This document shows, in pieces, positions 1 to 13,829 of a stretch of DNA of 64,000 bases; position 1 is the first letter of the stretch, and each line of letters starts with the position of its first letter. The notes below the pieces were generated by a model. That model worked only from the letters and a program-made list of their open reading frames with translations. It was not told where the DNA came from and did no database searches. Source of the stretch: Cycas panzhihuaensis (taxonomy: Eukaryota > Plantae > Cycadophyta); contig CM041465.1 in the NCBI GenBank assembly GCA_023213395.1, forward strand, positions 93,255,741 through 93,319,740, in the 5' to 3' direction. Made by a program: the position numbers and the translations under genes.

Positions 1-1340
1 AAGGATTTACACAAAGGGAAGGCATTGACTACATTGAATTCTTTGCACCTACAACTAAATGGCCTACAATTAGAACTCTTGTGACCTTTATTACTCAACA
101 AGGTTAGAAAATACACCAGCTCAATATTAAGACTATATTTCTTAACGGAGATATTGAAGAAGAAATTTACATGGCTCAGCCAAAAGGATATGAGATCAAA
201 GGTCAAGAGCATAAGGTTTATAGGCTCAAAAAGTCCTTGTATGGCCTTAAACAAGCCTCTCATGCTTGGTTTTCCAAGTTGTCTGAAAGAATGAGGCAAC
301 TTGGATATGAGGTTTGTGACTACCAAGATATTAGTGTAACATTGTTCATCAAGCACCAAAAGGATAAAGTTGCTTATCTCATAATCTTTATGGATGGCAT
401 GCTAGTAATGGGTAATAGTGAATAGGCAATAAGCCAGCTGAAAAGGGACCTTAGTAAAATGTTTGAATTGTCTAACCTTGGTTTGATAAAATACTACTTG
501 GGAATTGAAGTAATACAAAAGAATAGAAATTTGTTCTTCTCCCAAGAAAAATATATCAATGATCTTTTAACCAAGTTTTAGTTAGAAGATGCTCAACCAA
601 TGGCTTTACCTATGGACCGTAATACCAAAATCTCAGCTGATGGTGACAGTAGGGATACAGATACAGTACTCTATAGGAATCTTATAGGTAGTCTCATCTA
701 CACTACTAATATAAGGCCAAATATTGCACACTCTATTGGTATTCTTACATGATTCATGATAAATCCTAAGCAGAATCATTAGTAGGTAGTAGTACAAGTG
801 TTGAGATACTTTAAGATGACTAGCAAATATGGTCTACTATATGAACCTAATTTAGACTTTAAGCTTTATGCATATACAGACTCAAACTTTGTAGGAGATA
901 AAGATATAAGAAGATCTATGTCTAAGTATGTAACATTTCTTGGAACAACACCAATATCATGGAGATCCAGATAGTAGAAGATAGTTACTAATTCAAATAT
1001 CGAAGCTAAATACATTGTTGCTTTTGAGACCAGTAATAAGGTGATACGGCTTAGGAAATTGTTGGAAACATTGAATATCACCTAAATAAGTCCTACTAAC
1101 CTTCGTGTAGATAATCAATCAGTAATCCACATGATAAAAAATCTTGTATTTTATTATTGTACTAAACACATAAGTACAAAAGTCCATATGATTAGAAAAC
1201 GTATTTATGACAGTACAATTCAACTAGAATACTATCCCACAATAGACCAAGTGGTTGATATCTTCACCAAATCGCTACAAAAAGTGAAGTTTGAATAGTT
1301 TTAAAGGTAGCTTGGCCTTAGGGCCTCCATCTTCAACTAA
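1..1340 (+). pseudogene. Ty1/copia pol remnant (RT and RNase H), Copia-1
   Basis: Translation gives KGFTQREGIDY, FLNGDIEEEIYMAQPKG, LKKSLYGLKQA, YAYTDSNFVGD, DNQSVI, TKHIS and DQVVDIFTKSL; many in-frame stops. Confidence 0.95.
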
Positions 1341-1776
1341 TTAAAGAAGATGGCCACAGGATCATCATACTTTATTCTCTTTGTGAAAACCCCTTATGGG
1401 TGTGAAAGAATAAGAGTAAGTCTCTACTCTATACCTTTTATAAAACCCCCATATGGGCACAAAAGGATAAGGGTTGTACTAGTTTTAGAAAATCAAAACT
1501 TATGAAAACTTGAAAGGATATAAGGGATGACCAAATGGTATATGGAGACTTAGCAGATTAAGCTACACATTTTAGTTGCTTAGTTATTAGGCTACACTAA
1601 AGAGCCACCTTAGCCATTTTGATTTATAAAAAGGGTTGTAGATCTTAGAAAGTCTATGGATTTTTATTTACCATGAGGATTTTCCCATAAAAGTATTATT
1701 TAGAATTTTAATGTAATAATGAGGCTCAAATGAACACCTCATAGAATAGATTTTCTCGAAATGACCTTCCACCATT

Positions 1777-2100
1777 AAGGGGGGAATTGAAATAAGTTAA
1801 TATATCAAAGTCATTTATATAGATTAATTAAGTGACCTTAGTATATATTGTTAGTATTAATCTCTTAGTGAAATACACTTTATGTACATCTAGATGTAAT
1901 TTCATATTCATATCATTAGGTGAAAAAATCCTAATATAGCTCACCCTTATTATAAAAGGTGAAATCTTAAGGAGGAAGTCATTATTCATTCTCACCCCCA
2001 AGCTTGCTCTCGTATCTTGTTTTCATCTCTTTTGTATTCTCCATTACTATTGTATGCATGTGAGTGATTTATTCCCTAAATCTATCCTTCTTTCATATTA
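1777..2100 (+). repeat. Polypurine tract and 3' LTR of Copia-1 (right end uncertain)
   Basis: AAGGGGGGAA at 1777-1786 followed by TTGAAAT; TATAAAAG near 1952; lies downstream of the RNase H end. Confidence 0.6.
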
Positions 2101-2104
2101 CCTA

Positions 2105-5100
2105 TATAAAATTGTGGGTCGTGGAATGGTGAAGGTTTAGTTTGGGGATAAAAAGGTTAAAATTATCCCTAATATGAGTCATATACCTAGTTTGGTTATG
2201 AGTCTGATATTGATTAGTCAATTAGGTGATGTAGGAATAGAAGTGATTTTCAATAAAGATAACTATAGAATGGTTCAAGGAGCATTGGTGTTAGTAAGAG
2301 GGGTTTAATTTATAATATTATACAAGCTTGATATGAGCACAATGTATGCTAGTAGTTATAGTCTAACTCTTATAAAAAGTAGCAATAATTTAGGTGATAC
2401 CCAAGTATAACTTACTAGTAAAACTATGTTATAACATCAAAGATTGGGCCATATTAGAGAGAAAGGCCTTTAAAATTTATTCTCTAAAGGGATGGTAGAA
2501 GATATCTCTAGAATTAATGGCTCCTTGGATTTTGATTTCTATGAGCATTATATGTATGACAAATAGAATTAAGTCAATTTACCTTCAAACATAAAGAAAG
2601 CAAAAGGTATTCTATAATTCGTATACAATGATATTTTTAGACTTATAGATATACCCTCATTAGGTGGGTCTAAATATTTTATCTCATTCATAAATGATTT
2701 CTTAAGAAAAACATGGTTGTACTTTCTCAATTAAAAATTTTAGGTCTTCAATAAATTCAAAGAATTCAAGGTGTTGAGGACTGATAAGCAAATCAAGGTG
2801 TTGAGGACTGATAATGGAGGTGAGGTTTACTCAAAGGAGTTTGAGCAATTCTATAAGTAGTGTGGGATAGTAAGGTAGAAGATAACTCTCTATATATCAT
2901 AGTAAAACAAAGTTGTTAAAAGGATGACTAGGACCTTTCTAGTGAGATTAAGGAGTATTCTTAATACTACTAGTTTAGAGAAGAAATTTTAGGTTAAGGC
3001 TATGGTAACTATAAGATACCTGATAAACAAATCATCGATAACTACCTTAGTATATAAAACACCTAAAGAAGTGTGGTCTGGTAAGAAACCATCTCATGGT
3101 CATCTTAGAGCTTTTGGTTATAAAGCTTTTATATATATTCCTAGTCTAAAGAGGACTAAGCTTGATTTCAAAGAATAAAAGCCTATTTTCATTAGGTATA
3201 GTAATGGTGTTAAAGGGTACAAGCTTGATAACCCTAAAATAGAAAAAATTATGTATAATCATGATATTATCTTTAGAGATGAGTTTACGTGTGTAAAGCA
3301 TAATGAAGAACCAAAGTAGAAAGACTCTAAGAAAGTATAGTTTAAAGTAAGGGATAAAGATTCTACATCAAAATATGATTCAACTAAAGAAAAAGAACCA
3401 ACTATAGAATTAGCCCAATCTTAAGAACCCCATATTTAGAGGAGATTAATTCATGAGAGAAGACAACCTAATAGGTGTATTTTTAAAGACTTCTGTCACT
3501 CCTCTTTTATTTTATCTACTATACATGATGATTTAAGTATTGTTTAAGAGGCTTTGGAGTCAAAAGAGAACCAACTCTAGTTGAAGGCCATGGAAGAAGA
3601 AATGACAACCTTAGATAAAAATAACATATAAGATTTGGTGGATCTACCCAATGGTAGAAAACTTATTAATAACAAATAGATCTTCAATGAAAAATTTTAG
3701 GTATATAGTATTGTGAAAAAATACAAGGACTGATTGGTAGAAAAAGGTTATTCCTAGGTCAAGGGAATAGATTTTGGTGAGGTATTTTCTCCTATTATAA
3801 AGGTATCTTTAATTAGATTTTTTTTAGTTATAACAGCTACCTATGATATTGAGGTGGATTAGATAGATATGAAGATTATGTTTCTTCATGGTGACCTCAA
3901 AGAAGATATTTATATATTACAACCTAAAGGTTTTGAAGTTGTAGGGAAGAAAAATATAGTATACACGTTGAAGAAGTTATTATATATCTTGAAATAGTCA
4001 CCAAGGATGTGGTATTAGAAGTTTGATTTATATATGTTGGAAAATGGCTTTATGCATAATAAAGTAAATTATTGTATCTATTATAAATAGGTTGTTAATC
4101 ACTTTGTTATTTTGGCTTTATATATTAATGACATACTTTTAGTTAGTAATAATAAAGAAATGAATCAACTTATAAAAGGCCAACTAGCATCTCATTTTGA
4201 GATGAAGGACCTTAGTGCTACACATTTTATTTTAGACATTAAGATTAAAAGGGATAGGAGAAATAAAATATTTTGGCTTAGCCAAAGATAGTACATTGAG
4301 ATGATACTATAGCAATTCAAGTTATAAGATAATAAACTAGTTAATATTCCTCTTCTTATTAGTTTAAAATTATTAGTTGAACAATATCTAAAGACTCACT
4401 AAGAAGTTGAAGATATGGTATTTATTCCTTATGTTAGTGTAGTTAGTAGTCTAATATATGTGATAGTTTAAACTCAATCAGACATTACCCATGTAATGGG
4501 AGTAGTTAGTAGGTACATGTCAAACCTAAACAAGGAACATTGGGTGGCTATGAAAAGGATTTTTAGGTATCTATGAGGTATATTAAACTATGGAATTTGC
4601 TTCCAAGAAGATCACATAGAGAGTAGAATAATAAAACTGAGAGGATTTATTGATGTTAATTAGGTTGGAGATTTTAATAGTAGAAGATCTAGAAGTGGTT
4701 ATGTTTTTACCCTTTGTGGTGGTGCAGTTAGTTGGATAAGCAAAAGATAATAAATTATAATACTTTCTAACATAGAAGTAGAGTATATGGTAGCTACTCA
4801 TATGTGCAAAGAACTAAATTAGTTACAAAGATTGTGCACTGATGTTGACTTCAAGTAGAATGCTATGAGGATAGATTGTAATAGTTAAAGTATAATTTGC
4901 CTAGCAAAGAACACCATATTTCATGCTCAATCAAAGCATATCAATGTGTAATTATATTTTGTGAGAGAAATGGTTCAAGATCACAAGATAGAATTATAGA
5001 AGATTACTATATAAAAGAATGCTATAGATTCATTGACTAAGATTATTAGCACAAAATAATTTAGATGGCGTAAAAAGGAAATAAGTGTTTCAAATTTTAG

Positions 5101-5108
5101 TATTTAAT
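2105..5108 (+). pseudogene. Ty1/copia pol remnant (protease tail, integrase, RT, RNase H), Tnt1/Tork-like, Copia-2
   Basis: KIVGRGMVKV...QGALVLVRG, L*HQRLGHIREKGL, IKVLRTDNGGE, FLHGDLKEDIY, FEMKDLSAT, PYVSVVSSLIY and SKHINV motifs; heavily stop-ridden; gag and 5' LTR absent. Confidence 0.92.
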
Positions 5109-5143
5109 AGTAGTGTATATAGGTTTCTTGTAAAGTGCTCAAC

Positions 5144-5666
5144 AAGTAGGAGATTGTTGGATATGTCGAACACTTTTGCAAGTGTTACATAGTATAGGCA
5201 TTATACCTAAGCCTCTTTGTAGGGTCTAAGGGCCCATTGTAGGGCCCTTGGCTAGGGTGCCTAGGGGACTAACGACCCACTAAGTAGAGGTTTAGGGGGC
5301 AAGAGCACCTAAGAAAAATTTTTGGGTGTCTTATAAGGGTATTTTTTAGCCCATGGTTTATGCCCATTATATTATAAAATCATAAGGTAGTATCTTATAA
5401 AGTTGAGTCTATATATTCTTATGTAATGACATATATAAAAAAAAATGGTTAGATGAGTCTTTGATGAGTCGATGAGGAGAGTTGGGATTTTCATCTTTGT
5501 AATTATTTAGCTAGTGCTCAAATTAATAAAAGGTCTCTGGTTAGACTAGGATCTCTTAGTATTTTTTATTATGAACTTGGTTCATCTGTGTTATTTATTA
5601 TTTGCACAGTTTAGAGTTTTGTTAATACATTACTTTTGCAATTATATTTTCTCTTTAATCCAACTA
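5144..5666 (+). repeat. PPT (5144-5154) and 3' LTR (5155-~5666) of Copia-2
   Basis: AAGTAGGAGAT followed by TGTTGGA; inverted terminus TCCAAC(TA) at 5659-5666; TATATAAA near 5432. Confidence 0.75.
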
Positions 5667-5669
5667 GTT

Positions 5670-6715
5670 TATCATTAGTTTGTACATTACAGTTAGTTAG
5701 TCAGTCAATCAATTTTAAGGAAAAAAAAAAAGACCTCAAATTTTTCACTAAAATGGATGTATCTCACTACTAGGAGCTTAGCTTCATTTCAAACTTTAGA
5801 GGACCATCTAGAACATCATTTTGCATAAAAGATCCCTTGACTACTCCTACCTAAATTTTAAACTGAATTCTTACAAATTTTTAAATTTTATTTTTTCTTC
5901 TCTAGATCATAACTGATTACTAACCACTCAATTTTCCTCCAAAATTTGGAAATAAAACCCTCTCATGATTTGGGACCAAAAACCCTCCCTAATTAGATTA
6001 TGATTTTTTATGAAAGTGAGATAATTTCACCTTCAAGGATTTGAACCTAGCCAAGAGACCCAAAAATCTATAAAAAGCCCATATACTCTTTATTCTATAG
6101 CCAGATTGTCTTAGTCTCTCTTTACTTCTGAACTTAAAATAGAGTTTTAGACCTAATTCTTAAAAAACAAATCCATATTACCTTATTATAACGCATTGGA
6201 GATAACAATCTATAAGCACCATATCAAACTCCTTACATTTATATTTACCTACTAGGATTCAACTTAGATTTGGCATATAAATTACCCCTAACTAAACTCA
6301 AGATCTTAATTAAAGAGACATATTATAAATCTAAACTGACTTTAATGAAAATTTTGAAAAAGTAATACTAGAGCTCATAACCATGAAACTTTCTAAAGAA
6401 GAAGACAACCATTATAAGTTTGAAGAAAAGATTGAATTTAATGACACTACTCACATAACTGAGGGTTACTTCAATAAAGAAGATGAAAATAATGATAATA
6501 GATACTTCCTTCCTAAGGTGGAAATCAAAAAATTTAATGGTACTACATTGCATACCTGGGTCACCTAAATAGAATAATACTTTTCTATTCACCAGGTTCT
6601 AGTTGATAAAAACATCCCTCTTATCTCTCTCAATGTGGAAATTAAACCTTACTAATGGTACTAATGGGTTATGAAAATAATTAGTAGGCTTAGTTATTAA
6701 TAGGAACATTTTGTC
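5670..6715 (+). mobile_element. 5' leader and gag N-terminal part of a chromovirus-type Ty3/gypsy (Chromo-1)
   Basis: ORF 6383-6568 and read-through give LPKVEIKKFNGTTLHTWVT*IE*YFSIH...WY*WV, a gypsy gag capsid start. Linking it to the pol at 10377 is an inference. Confidence 0.65.
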
Positions 6716-9700
6716 AAGGATAAGGTTATTATCAAGGTCAAGGTCATCATCAAATACAAGGCCCAAGTCACCTCTACTAAGGGCAAAATAAGTTCCAAGG
6801 ATAAATATATTTTTAAGGCCAATTAAATCAAGGCCAAGGATATAATTTTGGACCTCAAAGAAGAGGAAGAAGTTAAAGTCCTAAGGGTAAAAACCAAGGA
6901 CAAAGAGGAAGAAGTCTAATGGTAGAGGAACAATCCAATATTCCTATTGCCATAGAAATGGACACTTGAAAGATAATTGCTTTTCAAAAAGATTAAATTC
7001 AAAAAAGGGGGCTACTAATATAATTGTTAAAGAAAGGCAAGATAAAAGATTATTTTTATTAAGTTTAATGACAAATGAGGAAGAAGATAGTTAGTATATA
7101 GATTTAGGATATTCTATACATATGACTCATAGACAAGAGTATTTAAAGAATTAGATAACACCAAAAGAAGTAATATTATGTTTGGTGATAACACCACTCA
7201 AGCAATAGTTGGTAAAGGGAATGTCTACATACAAACAAATTTTAGAGAAATAAGGTGCTTCATATCCCAATACTTAATAAAAATTTATTATCATTGGGAC
7301 AAATGATAAAACAAAAGTATAAATTAACCTTTAACAATGGAGAATATACCGTCAAAGATAAACTAAGGAATAAAGCAATTATGGCCAAAAGATAAATGAC
7401 TAGTGATAGGTTGTTCAAACTAGTCATTCTCCTAATAGACTATCATGCCCTAAAGGCATCAACTAATATGGATAGTAAAATATGGTATAAAATACTTTAC
7501 CATTTAAACTATAATAATTTGGTCTTAATGAAGAAAATAGACATAGTAATTAGACTATCTACTATTAAACATGGCAAAGAAATATATACAAGATGTATAT
7601 TTGGGAAACAACAAAGGGAAGGATTCTCTAATGAAAGTTATAAGGCCAATGGGCCCCTTCAGTTAGTATATACAAACTTATGTGGTCTAATGGATGTGCC
7701 CTTACTTGGAGGAGCTAAGTTCTTTATAACATTCATTGATGATTTCATAATGACGACTTGGGTCTACTTCCTTAAATTCAAGTCAAATACGCTATCATGT
7801 TTTATTGATTTTAGAAGTATAGTTAAAAGATAAAGTGAACTTAAAATTTTAACCCTAAGATCAAATAATAAGGGAGAATTCATTTCAAATAAATATAAAA
7901 ATTATTGCAGGTATTTTGGAATTAAGAAATAGCTCACAAATCCTTATACCCCATAACAAAATAGGATTGTTGAAAGAAAAAATAAGATAGGTGTTGAAAT
8001 AACAAGGGGTATGCTTAACAATAAGCATTTAGGAAATGAATATTAGGTAAAAGTTATACATATAACTATCTACTTTTTGAAAAATTATACTACTAAAGTA
8101 GTAGGGCTAGTTACACTAGAAGAAGCTTGGATAGGTTATAAGATAAGCATTAAACACTTGAGAATTTTTAGGTGCATAACTTATGCACATGTTCTAGATC
8201 AAAGGTGGATAAAGTTAAATAATAAGAGCATCAAATATATCTTTATAGGATATTATAACTCTTCTATATCCTATAAACTTTATGATCTAAAAGGAAAAAT
8301 GATTATTATAAGCAGGGATTTCATCTTTAAAGAAGATGAATTTTATCAAGAAGAAGTTATTAAAAAAGATAAGGGCAAGAATATCATAGTTGAAATGAAC
8401 TCAAACTCTAAGGTTATAAATGTACCTAATATAAATGAAGTAGGACCCTCTACTTCAAATCAAAGGGTCCCAAAATGGGTACAAAGGACTTATAACTCTT
8501 TAAATATTTTGGATATCAACTTTTAAAAAAGGACTACAAGATCTCAAAGGGTGAATTTTCACTTATGACGTAAGTTATGGAGTATAATGCGTCTCACAAC
8601 TTTGAAGAGGTAAATAATTAAGATGAATGAAAGAAAGCAATGAAAGAGGAATACAATGCTTTAGTGAAAAATTATACATGGGAGTTATTGGATTTTCCAC
8701 CTAGCAAGAATTCCATTAGGATAAAATAGGTCTATAAGACTAAGTATAAATTAGATAGGTCCATTGATAAATATAAGGTAAAGTTAGTTGCAACGGGCTA
8801 TGCACAATTTGAGGGCATAGATTATAATGAGACATTTGCACATATTATAAGGCTACAAATAGTTAGGTTAATCATAGACTTAACTGCACAACAAGGTTGG
8901 ATAGTACATCAAATGGATATAAAAAATGCCTTCTTAAATAACTATATTGATGAAGAAATTTATGTCTAATAACCTAAGGGGTTTAAAGTAAAATGAAAAG
9001 AAGACAAGGTCTATAAACTCAAGAAGGCTTTATATGGACTCAAGAAAGCACCTAGAGCCTGGTACTCTAGGATTAATAGATATTTCAAGGATAAAGGATT
9101 CTAAAAAATCTAATTAGATGCTAATTTATATATCAAATTGGAAGAAATCTCGGTACTAATTATGTGCAAAGAATTTGAGATGACAAACTTGGGACTAATG
9201 TATTACTTCTTAGGTATTAAAGTTTGGTAAGATGAAAAGGGGATATTTATCTTCTAAAGGAAATTCATATTGGATATATTACAAAAGTCTAACATGAGTA
9301 ATTGCAAGCTATTTGCAACATTGATAGAGGTTGGGATAAAATTATCTAAGTTTAAACAATTAGAACCAATTGATCCTACACTCTATAGGTAGTTGATTAG
9401 GAGCCTAATTTATTTGACTTTAACTAGATATCATGTATATAGTTAGTGTGGTTTCCAAGTTTATACATGAGATTACAATAAAACATTGATAAGTAGCCAA
9501 AATAATTCTTAGATATCTAAAGGGTACCATTGGATATGGATCACATTACAAGTCATGAGAGAACTACAAGTTGATTATCTATATAGACTTAAATTGGGCA
9601 GGTTATATAGATAATAAGAAATCTACCTCAGGTTATACATTTAATTTGGATTTAGTAGTAGTAACATGGAGTTCAAAGAAATGGACAACAATATCTATAT

Positions 9701-10054
9701 CTACTGAAAAAGCAGAATATAAAGTAGATGTAGTAGGAGAATGTGAAACAATTTGGCTTAGAAGATTGCTTTAGAATCTATAGGAAGAAAAGGTTGGTCC
9801 TACTTAGTTACTTTGTGATAATCAAAACATCATTCAAATAACTAGGAATCTAGTATTTTATGGTAGGATAAAGTACATTAAAACATAACTTCACTTCACT
9901 AGAGAATTAGTATAATAAAGTGAATTAAAATTAGTTTACTATAATACTAAAGAACATGTGGTAGATATATTCACAAAGGCACTTGGTAAAATAAAGTTTA
10001 TCAAATTTAAAAATAAACTTGGAGTCACCTCAAATAGGCATTATGGGGGAGAAA
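6716..10054 (+). pseudogene. Ty1/copia gag tail and pol remnant, Copia-3, nested in Chromo-1
   Basis: Zinc knuckle YCHRNGHLKDNC near 6945; ORFs 7396-7833 and 8077-8526 (integrase) and 9571-9774 (RNase H); [16 protein letters not shown]; DIFTKALG; PPT GGGGGAGAAA at 10045-10054. Confidence 0.93.
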
Positions 10055-10376
10055 TATTGGAATAATATCCATGTTGGGGCTTATATCTATCTTTGGTTAA
10101 TTATCAATATTAGGATGATAACCTAGATTGACAAAGATATCATAACCACATTATGTTAGATCTTAGTAGCATCATATCTAGTGTTTGTCAATACCAATCA
10201 ATAGTAGACTTTGAAGGATATGCCATATCCCTCTCAATCTTGATTATTTATTCATGGGTCTAAAGACCCTAGTATTCATCAACACTACCACTCTCATTGG
10301 ATTAATGGTTTCCTTCTTATATTATCATTTGATTTCCTCTGTCCCTTGATTCCATCATGTTTTCCATATCCTATCA
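10055..10376 (+). repeat. 3' LTR of Copia-3
   Basis: Starts TATTGG (decayed TGTTGG) right after the PPT and ends CCTATCA; gypsy protease codons resume immediately after. Confidence 0.75.
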
Positions 10377-13300
10377 AAAATTTCTAGGTTATAGTGGCTA
10401 ATAGAGGGATATTCTGTTGTGGGAGAAAATGATGCAATATCAAGTTATAAATAGGTGATTATAAACTCTCTACTTCCATGTATGACATTCCTATTAGAGG
10501 AGTCAATGTTGTATTGGGGGTCTAATGGATCAAACCACTAGAGACCATTTAACTAAATATATAAGAACTCTTCATTTAATTTACTTATGAAGGAATCAAA
10601 TTTTAATTAAATGGTATCATTTCTCTCCCAAACCAAATCATTAGATCACACCATATAGAGAGGCTTATTAAAAGGGGTGATATAGGGATCATTACTAAAT
10701 ACTATGCTCTAGAAGGTTAAGAACTTCCAATGGAAGGGGGCATTTTCTAAGATGATGGCATCCCAAATGACTTAAAATTAATGCTTCACTACCACAACTA
10801 GGTCTTTTAGAATATTCCTCATGGTCTCCCCCCAATACATGACTAAGATCATAATCTTGACTTGGTAGTTGGAAGTAATTCTTCTTGTATTCAACCATAT
10901 TAATACCCCTACCAGTAAAAGAATGAAATGAAATGACTATTTTAAGAACTCCTTAATGCATGTACTATCAGGAAAAGTAATAGCATCTTTTCAGCCCTAA
11001 TGATTTTAGTAAGAAAAAAGGATGGCTCATTTCACATGTACGCAGACTGCTACAAGCTCAATAAGATAACCATCAAGGGTAAATTTCCTATACCAGTCAT
11101 CAATGGACTCTTAGATGAGCTCCATGGGGCAACATTCTTCATATCTTTGGACTTGTTATCATGATACCGTCAAATTAAGATCAATATAGAGGATGTTCAC
11201 AAGATGATATTTTATACATACAAAGGATATTACAAGTTTTTAGTCATGCCCTTTGGCCTGACTAATACCCCAGCCACCTTTTAAGGTCCCATGAACAAAC
11301 TCTTTTGACTTTATTTAATAAATTCCATCTTAGTCTTCTTTAATAACATACTTTTCTTTAATCGTACTAGAGAAGACCATCTTCAGCATGTTGATACAGT
11401 ATTATAGGTACTTGTAGATGACTAACTTTATACCCAAAAATTAAAGTGTTAATTTGGGCAAATAGAAATAGAATATTTGGGCCATATTATCTCCTAAAAA
11501 GAAGTTAAGGTAGATCCTAAGAAAATTATAGTTATCATAAATTGGCCTAAGCCCAAAAACGTCAAGGGCCATGGATTCTTAGGAATCACATGGTATTATT
11601 AAAAGTTTTTTCATGGTTATACAAGGATTACTTCCCCTTTAATCAACCTTTTGAAAAAGGATTCCTTTCATTGAAATGATAAGGCCTATGCAGTATTTGA
11701 ACACTTAAAGGGGGCTTTAACTATCACTCTAGTCCTTGTAACACTATATTTTATAAAGTCCTTCACCATTAAATATGACACATTGGGGCAAGGTATTAGA
11801 GTAGTCTTAATACAAGAAGGGAAACCTCTAGTCTTTGAAAATTGTCAACTTACACCCAAGGATCAATTCAAATCTACCTATGAAAAGGAGATGTTAATAA
11901 TTTTCCATACAATTAGGAAACTGTGACAATATTTATTAGAGATACATTTCCAAATTAAAATAAACCATGATAGCTTAAAATATTTCCTAGCATAAAGGAT
12001 GACATCTAAGGAATAATAAAATGGATCACCAAAATGTAAGCTTTTGACTTTGAAATCATATATAAAAAATTCAAGGATAATATAGTGGATAATACTTTAT
12101 CTCACAAGGAAAAAGGCTTTATATTATATTCTATCACCATGGTTAATCCCTCTTGGATAATGATTACCAAGTAAGAATGGGATTAGGACCCCTTTATAAA
12201 GTAGATTATTCAAGACCTTCAAGCTTGGGTAAGGAACTCAATCCATTACACATGGTATAAAAACATTCTTTGGTATAAGAATAAGATATATATATGCCTT
12301 CATTCTAGTCTCAAGGATTAATTTTTTCATGATGCATATGCTTCCCCAATAACAAATCACTCAAGTTTTCTACAAACATACCACCACTTAAAATATTCTT
12401 TCTTTTGCAAGGACCAAAAGAGATATAAAGTAATATGTTTCCTTATATAAAATTTATCAATGACATAAGACAAAAATAGTCAAGTCCCTAGGACTATTGT
12501 AACCCCTTCTTATACCAAATCAATGATGGGAAGAAATTTCCATAGACTTCATCGTGGGTTTGCCCAAGTTAGAAGGAAAATATACTATACTTTTGGTTGT
12601 TGATAGGCTAACTAAATATTCTCATTTTTGTGGCATCGAAAATATATATAAGGCAAATCAAATTATTAAGAAATTTTTAAAGGATATATATAGTTTATAT
12701 TGCATGCATAAAAGTATAGCAACTGATCAGGACCCTAAGTTCATTAGTAACTTCTAGATAGAACTCTTACATGTACTCGATACCAAACTAATAATAAGCT
12801 CATCCTACCATCCACAAATAGATGGTCAAACTGAGGTGATCAATAAGTGTCTTAAAGTATACCTTCATTACTATGCTTTAAATAAGTTGGGCTAATGGTG
12901 TCATTGGCTTCCCTTAGTAGAATGATTTATATAAACAAGAATGACTTTGTTCCAAGCATCGTATGGCTATGAATCACTCACACTTAAGAATTATGCCATA
13001 ATTAGTTTTAAGGTTCAAGCAGTTAAGGACCACATCCACTAAACAATAAAGATTCTCAATCTAATTAAGGAAAATATGAACCTTACATAGAATTAAATGA
13101 AACAATAGGCAAATAAAGGGTGAAGTGAATAAGAATTTTAACTAGGTGATTGGGTATACTTATGGTTACAACTGTATAAGCAAGCATCTCTCAAAAAGGA
13201 TGGGAAATATAAATTACAACCCTAATTTTATAAACCTTATAAAATTCTTAAGACGATTGGTGAAGTTACATATGATTTAGACTCACCGCCATCATTTAGG

Positions 13301-13517
13301 ATCCATAATGTCTTTTATATTTCATGTCTTAATAGGTTAATTAAGCAAAAGGTATAAGTTTAAATATAATTATCTATCTTAAATGAGGAGGGACAACTTC
13401 AACTTATTCTAGAATGTATCATTATTGGAAGAATCCAACATCTACAATCTAGGTAAATCATTGAGTATCTCATCAAATAGAAACAACTTCCATAAGAAGA
13501 TGCAACCTAGGGGGACT
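10377..13517 (+). pseudogene. Chromovirus-type Ty3/gypsy pol remnant (protease tail, RT, RNase H, integrase, chromodomain), Chromo-1
   Basis: VIVAN...VNVVLGV*WIK; [15 protein letters not shown]; STYEKEML; ORF 12554-12757 (VVDRLTKYSHF); SSYHPQIDGQTEVINK; chromodomain-like IEYLIK*KQLP*EDAT* at 13460-13510. Confidence 0.93.
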
Positions 13518-13829
13518 TGTTAGGGTTCCAACCCCTAACTTAATTTCTCTTATATCTTCTACTTCTTCTCTCTCTTATCTTTTCTTATATCTTCTAGTTC
13601 TTCTTTTTTCTTAATATTTCACATGCATAAGTAGGAGGTTATGTAGTGGTTATAAAGCCCCATATATATTTATGTAATCCTTAGAGTGAAATATTTTAAA
13701 TATCATTAGTATTGTATGTAATTAAGAGGTTGCCCCCTTAAAGGGTATTACAATATAAGTACTTTCTTTTGGTGTTATTTGGGCACTATGATGGTGTGTT
13801 ATTGTCATTGAAGGAGTGGTATCCAACCA
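13518..13829 (+). repeat. LTR of family 'A', copy 1 (possibly the native 3' LTR of Chromo-1)
   Basis: TGTTAGGG...GGTATCCAACCA termini; colinear homology along its length with 25954-26309; preceded by AGGGGGAC; flanks GGACT and AAAAG are not a TSD. Confidence 0.8.
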
